DNA of 64,000 nt, taken from the NCBI GenBank assembly GCA_964384415.1, contig CAYLMV010000003.1:6840-70839 (forward strand), read 5' to 3'. Numbering within the stretch: position 1 is the first letter of the stretch; each line of letters starts with the position of its first letter. This DNA is from an uncultured Chitinophagaceae bacterium (GTDB taxonomy: Bacteria > Bacteroidota > Ignavibacteria > UBA10030 > UBA8401). Positions 1 to 9,938 of the stretch are shown in pieces. The notes beneath the pieces were generated by a model. It saw nothing but the letters and a program-made list of their open reading frames with translations. It did no database searches and was not told the origin of the DNA. The translations under genes were made by a program, and so were the position numbers.

Positions 1-1786
1 TGAGGAGATCCTCATAAGCGTGGATCGCCTTTTCCTTATCCTTCAAACCATTCTGGTACAGATCCGCGATGCCGAATTCTGCCTTGTCCCGCAGTATGCT
101 CTTGGGATATTCAACGATTACTTTCTGATACGATGCGAGTGCATCCGAGTATTGTTTGATGACGATGGAGAGTTCCGCTTTTTTCATGAGAGCATCGTCG
201 GCAAGAGGCGCATCCGTATTGTTCTCAACAATGGAGGTCAAAAGAGGGATCGCCTCCGAAAGCCTGTTTTCTCTTTGGAGAAGCTCTGCGTGCGCATAGT
301 CTCTCAGCGCGTCGGCAAATCCAGACTGATTTTCTTTTATGAAATGGAGCAGGAGAAGGGCGTCGTTCGTTTGATCATCCGAGAGGGTCTGTGCGATCTG
401 CATGAGCAATGACGATGCAGTGTCAAACTCGCCCCGGAAATAGTGTATCTCCGCGATTCGATACTGGGCCTCCGTTTTCTCACCGGCCGGCGCAATCGGA
501 GAAGAAATGATGCCGGTGTATCGTTCGACGGCTTTGTCCAGCGATCCCTTCGCGACATTTATTTCGGCCGCCGTTCCAAGGAGTTTCGGCTTTAATAATC
601 GAGCCGTCGGGAGCGCGATGACTGAATCGATGATCCGCTCCGCCCCGTTCAGGTCCGAGAACCGCCTGTAGTATAGCAGGGCGGCCTGGTACAAAGCGTT
701 TACACTTATTTCAGAGTTTGGATACTCCTGGGCCAGTGCAAGAAACAGTCCCAGCGCGCCCCGGTAGCCGGCTTGCGTTTCTGAAGGGAAGAGACCTGAG
801 GCCGAACGGGTAGTATCGGAGGAATCAACCGCGGCACTCAATTTTTCTATCGCTTGCGCGTAGCCGAATTTTGCCTCCGGGAGCTGAGGCATGCGCGGAT
901 ACTTTTCAATGGAAAATTGGAACGCCTCCGCGGCTACGCGGTAGGCCTTCTCATTGTACGCTCGTTCGGCGAATGAAAGCATCTCCACGCCATTGGAATT
1001 GACTGCTGCGTCGATCTCTTTTGCGATGTGAAGCGCCCGATCGAAGTCCTTCGCCTCCAAGGTAAGCCAGAGGAGCAGTCTGCGGTAAACGATCTGGTGA
1101 TCATCCCTCTCAACAGCAGCTTCAACGACATTGGTCGCGGCTGACAGGCCTTCTTTCTTAGAGGTAATTCCGGCAAGTCTGGATTCAATGAACTCAAGCT
1201 GGCGCTCGTCCATCGAGAGGATGGCCATGTATTCGCGAGTCGCATCATCGTATTTCAAGAGCAGCGAGTAGAGCGCCGCCAGCTCGCCGGAAAAGAGAGT
1301 CGGGGTCCCGATTGCCCTTCTTCCCTGGAGATAGGTTGCGATCGATTTTTCGAAGAGCCTGTTTTCGGACTGAGCCGCCGCAACGATGGTATAGACCCCG
1401 ATGTTTCGCGGCATCAGCGCAAGCGTACTTTGCCACACAGAATCTGCGCGCTTCTCATCCCCCGCCTTGTAATAGATCGACCCAAGCGATACCAGCACGC
1501 CGAAATCGGCCGGCTGCAGCTTCAGACGTCTGAGGCTGAGTGAAATCGCACCGTCGTAATTCTTCACTTGCTCGTAACACCTGCGCAGTCCGTCGAAGTA
1601 GGAATAATTCAACGAGTCGCTGCGCGCCAGATCCTCATACAGCCGGCTCGCCCGTTCGTAGTCGCCCTCCTGCTCGAAGCTTTGAGCCAGTCGAAATTTG
1701 TTCTGTGCATCCTGAGCGTGAACAAACGACGGGGCGCATGCAGCGACGGCCAGCAGAACAAAAAGAAGATTTCGTTTTACGAACAT
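1..1786 (-). CDS. TPR-repeat protein with N-terminal signal peptide (partial; C-terminus runs off the window start)
   Basis: Hand translation of the minus strand from ATG at 1786 (MFVKRNLLFVLLAVAACAPSFVHAQ...) stays open to position 1. It is rich in TPR-like A/L/Y/E helical repeats. The plus-strand ORF 20..412 is antisense junk. The ORF is absent from the track because it is edge-truncated. Confidence 0.6.
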   Translation of the reverse strand, partial: MFVKRNLLFVLLAVAACAPSFVHAQDAQNKFRLAQSFEQEGDYERASRLYEDLARSDSLNYSYFDGLRRCYEQVKNYDGAISLSLRRLKLQPADFGVLVSLGSIYYKAGDEKRADSVWQSTLALMPRNIGVYTIVAAAQSENRLFEKSIATYLQGRRAIGTPTLFSGELAALYSLLLKYDDATREYMAILSMDERQLEFIESRLAGITSKKEGLSAATNVVEAAVERDDHQIVYRRLLLWLTLEAKDFDRALHIAKEIDAAVNSNGVEMLSFAERAYNEKAYRVAAEAFQFSIEKYPRMPQLPEAKFGYAQAIEKLSAAVDSSDTTRSASGLFPSETQAGYRGALGLFLALAQEYPNSEISVNALYQAALLYYRRFSDLNGAERIIDSVIALPTARLLKPKLLGTAAEINVAKGSLDKAVERYTGIISSPIAPAGEKTEAQYRIAEIHYFRGEFDTASSLLMQIAQTLSDDQTNDALLLLHFIKENQSGFADALRDYAHAELLQRENRLSEAIPLLTSIVENNTDAPLADDALMKKAELSIVIKQYSDALASYQKVIVEYPKSILRDKAEFGIADLYQNGLKDKEKAIHAYEDLL

Positions 1787-1827
1787 AATGCCCGCAAAAG
1801 CAGCAATTTTAGAAAATCGAACCAATC

Positions 1828-2724
1828 TCACAAATTAGGAAATTTTCCGAAGCGGCGCGCCGAATTCAATGTGTTCACCATCAGCATTGCGATTGTCATG
1901 GGGCCGACGCCTCCGGGAACGGGAGTAATCGCGCCGGCAACTTCCTTCACGGAATCAAAATTGACATCGCCTACGACACGGTAGCCGGATTTCTTGGAAC
2001 TGTCCGGGACGCGATTGATCCCGACGTCGATAACGACTGCTCCAGGCTTGACCATCGACGCGTCGACGGCTCCGGCCTTTCCGATTGCAACTATCAAGAT
2101 GTCCGCTTGCCGGGCATACGCTCCGAGATCGGGCGCCGCCGTGTGGGCAACCGTCACAATGGCATTACACCAGTCTCTCTTTTGGAGAAGGATATTCGCG
2201 ATCGGCTTTCCAACGATGTTGCTTCGTCCCAGAACAACGACGTGCTTTCCGGACGGATTGATTTCGCTCCGGCGGAGCAGTTCCCAGATACCGGCGGGGG
2301 TACATGGAAGAAGCGTATCGACACCGATGAGCATCCTCCCGAGCGTAATCGGGTGAAACCCGTCGACATCTTTATCGGGGGAAATCGACTCGATCACTTT
2401 CAATTCATTGATGTGTTTCGGGAGAGGAAGCTGAACAAGGATGCCGTGGATGTCGGGATCCCGATTGAAGGCATGGATCATTGCGAGAAGTTCCGCTTCC
2501 GATATCGAAGCAGGGACCTGCTCCGTGATGGAGTAAAACCCCAGCTCTTCGCATGCTTTGCCCTTGCTCTTAACGTACGATAACGATGCCGGGTTCTCGC
2601 CGACAAGGATGAACGCCAGACCGGGTACAATCTCCTTCTCAGCTTTCAAGCGCTGAGCCGACTCTGCTACTTCGCGTCGAATTCCATCGGCAATTTTCTT
2701 GCCGTCGATAATGATTGCAGACAT
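1828..2724 (-). CDS. folD: Bifunctional methylenetetrahydrofolate dehydrogenase/cyclohydrolase
   Basis: 298 aa with a FolD-like layout and motifs (KSKGKACEELG, GILVQLPLP, VVLGRSNIVGKP, VGINR). Confidence 0.9.
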   Translation of the reverse strand: MSAIIIDGKKIADGIRREVAESAQRLKAEKEIVPGLAFILVGENPASLSYVKSKGKACEELGFYSITEQVPASISEAELLAMIHAFNRDPDIHGILVQLPLPKHINELKVIESISPDKDVDGFHPITLGRMLIGVDTLLPCTPAGIWELLRRSEINPSGKHVVVLGRSNIVGKPIANILLQKRDWCNAIVTVAHTAAPDLGAYARQADILIVAIGKAGAVDASMVKPGAVVIDVGINRVPDSSKKSGYRVVGDVNFDSVKEVAGAITPVPGGVGPMTIAMLMVNTLNSARRFGKFPNL

Positions 2725-2828
2725 GCGATTATCCAGGGTTTGATGTGATGGCCCGAATGAGAAGAGCGAGAATCAGACTCCTCTCGCCCTTTCGTGTATC
2801 CATACCGATTGTCAACTAACGGAAATCT

Positions 2829-3641
2829 TCAAAACTTCGGGAAAATAATATGCTCTATCGAGAGAGCTTTCCCTGTCTCTGCCTCTATCCCTATAGCCAC
2901 TGCGCACAGATGCACGTCGTTGGTTGCGGTTTCGTACTTGTGCGGGGTCTGTTTCAGAAAACGCTGAACCGCCTGCTCTTTCTTCATTCCGATGACCGAA
3001 TCGTACGGCCCGGACATTCCCACGTCGGTCACGAACGCGGTACTTCGCGGAAGAATTCGTGCATCTGCCGTCGGCGTGTGGGTATGAGTCCCGAGCAGGG
3101 CGCTGACGCGTCCGTCAACATACCAGCCCATCGCCATTTTCTCGGCAGTTGCCTCGGCGTGAAAATCGATGACAGAGATTTTCGTCTGCTCGTTGATCTT
3201 TGCCAGCGCCCAATCAACCGCCTTAAAAGGATCGTCGAGGGGCTGCATGAATGTTCTTCCCTGCACGTTGATCACCCCTATCTTCGTCTTATCCTCCAGC
3301 TCAAATATTACAAAGCCGTTTCCCCCGTTTTCCCGAGGATAATTGATGGGCCGCAGAATGTTTCTGTTGCCGCCCAACACTTTTCGCGAGTCCCATCGAT
3401 CCCACACATGGTTGCCGGACGTGATCACGTGAACGCCGAGATCGAATACCTTCTTCGCGTCCTCCTCCGACAATCCCTTTCCGTCGGTGAGGTTCTCTCC
3501 GTTGGCTATACAAAAGTCGATCCGGTGCTTCTCCAACAGACCCTTGAGGATCGTTGAAGTCATCGCCAGGCCCGGCTGGCCGACAATATCGCCGACAAAA
3601 AGAACGTTGATAGTCTTGCTCACAATGATAGAGACCTGCAA
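2829..3641 (-). CDS. YmdB-like metallophosphoesterase (TIGR00282 family)
   Basis: 270 aa. N-terminal VLFVGDIVGQPG, GENLTDGKG, GNHVWD and HAEATAEK metal-binding motifs typical of YmdB-type calcineurin-like phosphoesterases. Confidence 0.75.
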   Translation of the reverse strand: MQVSIIVSKTINVLFVGDIVGQPGLAMTSTILKGLLEKHRIDFCIANGENLTDGKGLSEEDAKKVFDLGVHVITSGNHVWDRWDSRKVLGGNRNILRPINYPRENGGNGFVIFELEDKTKIGVINVQGRTFMQPLDDPFKAVDWALAKINEQTKISVIDFHAEATAEKMAMGWYVDGRVSALLGTHTHTPTADARILPRSTAFVTDVGMSGPYDSVIGMKKEQAVQRFLKQTPHKYETATNDVHLCAVAIGIEAETGKALSIEHIIFPKF

Positions 3642-3844
3642 TGATGGAATGAAGGAATGACTGCTTGGAATATACGAAGAATTTCGAGGGGAACAAAAAC
3701 GAACGGAAGCGGGAGCGGGTGGGCATTTTCAAAAAAAGTCATTGCGAGGAGCCCACTATCGGAGGTGGGAGTCGTTGTTCAGCGCGGATGCCCGCTGGAA
3801 GCATGCGGGCATGGCAATCCCGAAGAGCGTCGCACGCGTACAAC

Positions 3845-3871
3845 AAAAAAGGGCAGGATGTGATCCTGCCC
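3845..3871 (-). terminator. Rho-independent terminator downstream of ispG
   Basis: Minus-strand RNA folds as GGGCAGGAT-cac-ATCCTGCCC (9-bp stem) followed by UUUUUUG. It lies 22 nt after the ispG stop. Confidence 0.6.
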
Positions 3872-3892
3872 TTCATGAAACCGAGCAACTTC

Positions 3893-5023
3893 TTAAACAG
3901 CTGGTTGGAAATTCGCCACTTCTTCTACAATCGTCTCGACGATCTCACTCTCTTTGACGCGCTTCACCATGACTCCCTTGCGATAGAGAATGGCAACTCC
4001 TTTGCCTGCTGCAATGCCTATGTCTGCTTCGCTGGCTTCTCCCGGACCGTTCACGACACAGCCGAGGACCGCTATTTTAACGGGCTTCTTCACTCCCTGC
4101 AGCCGTTCTTCCAGTTGCGCCATGATGCTGAAGAGATCAACTTCGATCCGGCCGCATGTCGGGCAAGCGATAAGCTCGATGTTCCGGGATGCCAGGCCGA
4201 GCGAACGGAGAATTTCCTTTCCCACTTCCACTTCTTTCACCGGTTCATCGGTAAGCGATACGCGGATCGTATCGCCGATTCCTTCCGAGAGGAGCGTTCC
4301 GATTCCAACGGCGGACTTAATCGTGCCGATCCGGGTGAGACCGGCCTCGGTCACTCCAAGATGGAGTGGAATGTCCGTCCGTTGTGACACCAATCGATAG
4401 GCCTCAATCATCAATCGCACGTCGGTGGACTTCACAGAAATAATCACATCGCGAAAATTGAACTCGTCGCAAATCGCGACATGCCTCATCGCGCTTTCGT
4501 AGAGGGCTTCGGCTGTCGGATACCCGTGCTTCTCCAGGATATCTTCTTCAAGAGAACCGGAATTGACGCCGATGCGGATCGGGATACCCTTGTCCTTCGC
4601 AGCCGTCAACACTTCCCGGATCCGTTCTTTCGAACCGATGTTGCCCGGGTTAATGCGGACTTTCGCAACGCCCGCCTGAATCGCTTTCAGCGCAAAGACA
4701 TGATTGAAGTGGATGTCTGCAACGATCGGCACCGGCGATTCACGCACGATCGCTGCCATCGCTTCGGCCGCCTCTTTGTCGTTCACGGTCACGCGGACAA
4801 TGTCGCATCCTTCGTCCGCCGCCGCTTTGATTTGAGCAACCGTTCCGGCCACGTCATCCGTCTTTGTCTTCGTCATCGTCTGGACGGAAATAGGAGCGCC
4901 TCCTCCCACTTTTACCCCGCCGATATTCACCTGGCGCGTTTTTCTCCTCACCCCGACTTTGTAATGTGCGTGGGGAGTCTCCTGCATCGCGGGTTGTTCA
5001 AGAATCGGCAACATTGTTCCCAT
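3893..5023 (-). CDS. ispG: 4-hydroxy-3-methylbut-2-en-1-yl diphosphate synthase (GcpE)
   Basis: 376 aa with RRKTRQVNIGGVKVGG, a TIM-barrel A domain and a C-terminal CPTCGR...C [4Fe-4S] motif. The true start may be the internal Met at 4987. Confidence 0.9.
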   Translation of the reverse strand: MGTMLPILEQPAMQETPHAHYKVGVRRKTRQVNIGGVKVGGGAPISVQTMTKTKTDDVAGTVAQIKAAADEGCDIVRVTVNDKEAAEAMAAIVRESPVPIVADIHFNHVFALKAIQAGVAKVRINPGNIGSKERIREVLTAAKDKGIPIRIGVNSGSLEEDILEKHGYPTAEALYESAMRHVAICDEFNFRDVIISVKSTDVRLMIEAYRLVSQRTDIPLHLGVTEAGLTRIGTIKSAVGIGTLLSEGIGDTIRVSLTDEPVKEVEVGKEILRSLGLASRNIELIACPTCGRIEVDLFSIMAQLEERLQGVKKPVKIAVLGCVVNGPGEASEADIGIAAGKGVAILYRKGVMVKRVKESEIVETIVEEVANFQPAV

Positions 5024-5037
5024 TCGTCTCCCGAAAA

Positions 5038-5943
5038 TTAATTCAGTTTCTTGCTCGCTTCAAACAGCATCTTCTTCTCTTCGTCGCTCAAACTCTGATA
5101 TCCGGCTTTGCTGATTTTATCGAGGATTTCATCGATCCGCTGCTGAGTCACCTGTCCCTCTTCTTTCTGCTTGTATTCGTTGATATCGTACACCTTGGCC
5201 TCGGAAACGTTTTCGTATCGCGTCGGTGGACGAGGGGGCGTGTTCCATCCGCTGAACAGGCTTGACGAAGCGCGCGGGCTCTGCAATGCGGAGAAACGGT
5301 AGCCGTCGGCGAGGAGGTAAATGAGGCCGACAACGGCCCCGCCGATGTGTGCAAAATGGGCGATCCCATCCGTGCTGCTGACGGAGACAAATTCGATCAC
5401 CATGTACAGGACGACGAAATACTTCGCTTTGAGGGGAACGAAGAAGTAGACGAAGATCAAGCGGTCGGGGAACATCAAGCCGAACGCAAGAAGCACTCCA
5501 TAGATGGCTCCGGACGCGCCGATGGTCGGCCCGATGGTGGTGAAAAGGGGCGCGATCAGGATATTCGACAACCCGGCACCGATTCCGCAGATGAGGTAAT
5601 AGATAAAAAATTTCCGTGAGCCCCAGGTATTTTCCAATTCCATCCCAAACATCCAGAGCGCCAGCATGTTGAAGAAGAGATGGCTGAGGCCTGCGTGCAT
5701 GAACAAATAGGTGAAGAGCTGCCAGATTTCAAACCCCTGGCCGAGAGGCATCAGAGCGAACCATTCATTGAAGACCATATAGAGCGAATAGTCGCCGATG
5801 TGGAAGTTCCCGAGAAACATGATCCCCAGGAAGACGCCGATGTTGGAGATGAGCAGCGCTTTGATAACGGGGGGGAAGAAGCTAAACCCGCCGAAAAAGC
5901 TGGGACGGTAATAGTTGCCGTATTGATTGCGATTGGATGCCAT
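5038..5943 (-). CDS. Rhomboid-family intramembrane serine protease
   Basis: 301 aa, multi-TM, with GASGAIYG (catalytic Ser) and AHIGG (catalytic His) motifs plus a hydrophilic C-terminal tail. Confidence 0.8.
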   Translation of the reverse strand: MASNRNQYGNYYRPSFFGGFSFFPPVIKALLISNIGVFLGIMFLGNFHIGDYSLYMVFNEWFALMPLGQGFEIWQLFTYLFMHAGLSHLFFNMLALWMFGMELENTWGSRKFFIYYLICGIGAGLSNILIAPLFTTIGPTIGASGAIYGVLLAFGLMFPDRLIFVYFFVPLKAKYFVVLYMVIEFVSVSSTDGIAHFAHIGGAVVGLIYLLADGYRFSALQSPRASSSLFSGWNTPPRPPTRYENVSEAKVYDINEYKQKEEGQVTQQRIDEILDKISKAGYQSLSDEEKKMLFEASKKLN

Positions 5944-6044
5944 TTGTGCTTTTCTTCTCTCTCTTTACAATATAAACGACCGATGACTGAGAGGCAAATA
6001 TGAACCTCAGGGTGATGCGATCACTCTTCCGAGGTTTTCAGCAG

Positions 6045-6107
6045 AACCTTCCGAAGGTTTTCTCTTGAGGAGGATCGATTGGATCCCAGGCAAACCTTCG
6101 GAAGGTT
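6045..6107. repeat. Inverted pair of the 15-bp near-palindrome AACCTTCCGAAGGTT / AACCTTCGGAAGGTT (copies at 6045-6059 and 6093-6107)
   Basis: Read directly in the pgk-rhomboid intergenic region. The same pair arrangement recurs at 8663-8743 and 58970-59047. Confidence 0.7.
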
Positions 6108-6130
6108 TCGGCCATTTGCTCACCGATTCT

Positions 6131-7330
6131 CTATTTCCGGTCCGTCAGGGCTGCTACTCCGGGAAGAACTTTCCCTTCAAGGAATTCAAGCGACGCTCCG
6201 CCGCCGGTGGAAACGTGAGTGACTGACTTCGCCATGCCCGCCTGCGTAATCGCTGCTGCTGAATCTCCCCCTCCAACAATGGTCGTCGTCCCTCGCTTCG
6301 TTGCTTCTACCAACGCGCCGCCGATGGCGTTCGTTCCAACGGCAAAATTCGGAAATTCAAAAACGCCCATGGGACCGTTCCAAACAACGGTTTTTGATTT
6401 CTTTATTTCTGCTGAGAATAGCTCAATCGTCGCCGGCCCGATGTCGAGAGCCTGCCAATCGGCCGGTATCTTGTCTTTTGCAACAACCTTCCGCTCGGCA
6501 TCGTTCTTGAATTCTTTCGCAACGACGCAATCGACCGGCAGCAGTAGTTTCACGGTCCTATTTTTCATGCCGTGGAGGATCTGACCCGCAAGCTCAACCT
6601 TGTCGGCTTCGAGCAGCGATTTCCCGATCTCTAATCCCTGCGCTTTGAAAAATGTGTACGCCATGCCTCCGCCGATCATCAGGGTATCAACTTTCGACAA
6701 GAGGTTCTGGATGACGTCGATCTTGCCGGATATTTTGGCGCCTCCGAGAATCGCGGCAAACGGACGGACCGGGTTTTCAACCGCGGCTCCGAGGTAGTCA
6801 AGCTCCTTCTGCATCAGCAATCCTGCAACCGACACGGAAACGAATTTGGTGATTCCCTCGGTCGACGCGTGTGCACGGTGGGCGCTGCCAAACGCATCGT
6901 TCACGTACACATCTCCGAGCTTCGCAAGCGATTTCGCAAACGCAGGGTCGTTCGCCTCCTCTTCGTTATGATACCGCAAATTCTCAAGCAGAAGGCATTC
7001 GCCGTCTTTGAGTTTTGCAGAGGCAGATTCTGCCGGTTCTCCGATGCAGTCTGAGGCAAAAAATACTTTCTGACCCAGGAGATGTTCCAGGCGGGCTGCC
7101 ACGGGCTTAAGACTGAACTCCGGTTTGGGTTTTCCTTTCGGACGGCCGAGATGGCTCATCAAGATCGCCTTCCCGCCGGCGGAAAGTATCTTCTTGATCG
7201 TTGGGAGCGATTCAACGATGCGTGTGTCATCGGTGATATTCTGCTTCTCGTCGAGCGGGACGTTGAAGTCGACGCGAACGAGCACTTTTTTCCCTTTTAC
7301 GTCGATGTCGTTGATGGTCAGCTTTTTCAT
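6131..7330 (-). CDS. pgk: Phosphoglycerate kinase
   Basis: 399 aa with canonical PGK motifs ([30 protein letters not shown]). Confidence 0.95.
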   Translation of the reverse strand: MKKLTINDIDVKGKKVLVRVDFNVPLDEKQNITDDTRIVESLPTIKKILSAGGKAILMSHLGRPKGKPKPEFSLKPVAARLEHLLGQKVFFASDCIGEPAESASAKLKDGECLLLENLRYHNEEEANDPAFAKSLAKLGDVYVNDAFGSAHRAHASTEGITKFVSVSVAGLLMQKELDYLGAAVENPVRPFAAILGGAKISGKIDVIQNLLSKVDTLMIGGGMAYTFFKAQGLEIGKSLLEADKVELAGQILHGMKNRTVKLLLPVDCVVAKEFKNDAERKVVAKDKIPADWQALDIGPATIELFSAEIKKSKTVVWNGPMGVFEFPNFAVGTNAIGGALVEATKRGTTTIVGGGDSAAAITQAGMAKSVTHVSTGGGASLEFLEGKVLPGVAALTDRK

Positions 7331-7404
7331 GGTAGTTGTCGTCTGGTTGTGGTTTGAAGTAGAGAGAACTTCCTTCGGTAGGAGAGTTCACATCGTGTTG
7401 GAAA

Positions 7405-7442
7405 GCGCCGGAGAAACAAAAGGGCTGAACTCGCGCCACGAG
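7405..7442 (-). terminator. Rho-independent terminator downstream of gap
   Basis: The minus-strand transcript forms a stem GGGCUGAA(CUCG...CGAG)UUCAGCCC followed by UUUUGUUUCUCC. It lies ~30 nt after the gap stop. Confidence 0.6.
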
Positions 7443-7474
7443 ATTCAGCCCTTGTTCAATGATCGGACAGTACG

Positions 7475-8617
<1,143 letters not shown>

Positions 8618-8662
8618 TTACCAAGAAATCGACGCAAAGTCAAATTGTGCAGACAGGCCGGA

Positions 8663-8743
8663 AACCTTCCGAAGGTTCCATTACCCGGTGACTTGAATGA
8701 TTTGTGATTGTATCTCTGCGAGAGGGCAAACCTTCGGAAGGTT
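8663..8743. repeat. Second inverted pair of the AACCTTC(C/G)GAAGGTT palindrome (8663-8677 and 8729-8743)
   Basis: Read directly. It sits between the DHOD-like gene stop and the gap start. Confidence 0.7.
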
Positions 8744-8868
8744 CGTATTCCAGGCATAAATGCCAATCAGCAAAAAGATTGATCGCAGCGGGTTAAGGGA
8801 CGAAGAGGAAGGCTTGTTCGAAAGGAAAAGCGGCCGCCGTTGTTCAGCAGACGGCCGCTGTTTACACA

Positions 8869-9858
8869 TCACATATAACTGTTCAACGCTTTCATATAAT
8901 TGGCCCGCTCCAGCGCAGACGGATTGGCAACAGACTTGTGACTCATGCTGCCGCGCATCTGATCGAGCGACTCATATTCCCGCTCAATCATCCATTTCTG
9001 AGCGCCGTTAATGATCTCTGCGATGCGTTTCGCTCCATTGCGAAGGAGTGAAGAACAGACCATCGTGACGTTGGCTCCTGCCATCGTCAATTTGATGACA
9101 TCCTCTCCGGTGTGCACGCCTGTTGTAGCGGCCAAGTCTGCCTTTACTTTCTTATAAAGGATTGCGATCCACCGTAATGGCAGTCGCGTCGCTTCCGAAC
9201 TGCTCAGCACCACGCTGGGCTCGATCTCGAGCTCGTCCAGATTAACATCCGGCTGGTAAAATCGGTTGAAGAGGACCAATCCGTTCGCGCCCGCTTCATC
9301 CAGGCGTTTTGCCATATTCGCCATCGAGCTGAAGAACGGCGAAAGCTTGACGGCAACCGGGATCGTCACCATCGCTTTGACTGCCTGCAGAATTTCAAGG
9401 TAAAGCCGCTCAACATCGGCGGCGGAAGTATTGGGGTCGGTGGAGATGTGGTAGATGTTCAATTCCAGAGCATCCGCGCCAGCGTCCTGAATTTTTTTTG
9501 CGTACTCCACCCAACCTCCGACGGTGGATCCATTCAAGCTCGCGATAACCGGGATATCGACTGCCTTTTTTGTGTCCTGGATATGGCGCAAATATTCTTC
9601 GGGCCCGATGAAGTAATCTTCCTTCTTCGGAAAATAGGAGATCGCCTCTGCATAACTCTCAGTTCCGTAGGAGAGGAAATGATCGAGCTCGTTCATTTCA
9701 TGCCGGATTTGCTCTTCGAAAAGCGAGTAGAGAACAACCGCCGGAGCGCCGTAGTCTTCCATTGCCTTAATGCCCGAGACCGTTCTGGACATCGGAGAGG
9801 CAGACGGTACGACCGGATTTTTCAATTTGAAGCCGAGATACGTCGTGGAGAGATCCAT
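8869..9858 (-). CDS. Dihydroorotate dehydrogenase-like (PyrD/DHOD family) TIM-barrel flavoprotein
   Basis: 329 aa. Class-1 DHOD-like motifs ([23 protein letters not shown]) point to an FMN-binding barrel. The substrate is uncertain. Confidence 0.55.
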   Translation of the reverse strand: MDLSTTYLGFKLKNPVVPSASPMSRTVSGIKAMEDYGAPAVVLYSLFEEQIRHEMNELDHFLSYGTESYAEAISYFPKKEDYFIGPEEYLRHIQDTKKAVDIPVIASLNGSTVGGWVEYAKKIQDAGADALELNIYHISTDPNTSAADVERLYLEILQAVKAMVTIPVAVKLSPFFSSMANMAKRLDEAGANGLVLFNRFYQPDVNLDELEIEPSVVLSSSEATRLPLRWIAILYKKVKADLAATTGVHTGEDVIKLTMAGANVTMVCSSLLRNGAKRIAEIINGAQKWMIEREYESLDQMRGSMSHKSVANPSALERANYMKALNSYM

Positions 9859-9938
9859 TGATTCCTCGTCCTGAGTAATACTTTACGATGGTGAGTAAAA
9901 CGGCGAGGCCGTTTGTCGGCCCCGCCGCTAGATTATTT

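Noticed and set aside
20-412. 130-aa plus-strand ORF at window start
   Set aside because: Antisense to the long TPR-protein ORF, which reads continuously on the minus strand from 1786 to the window edge.
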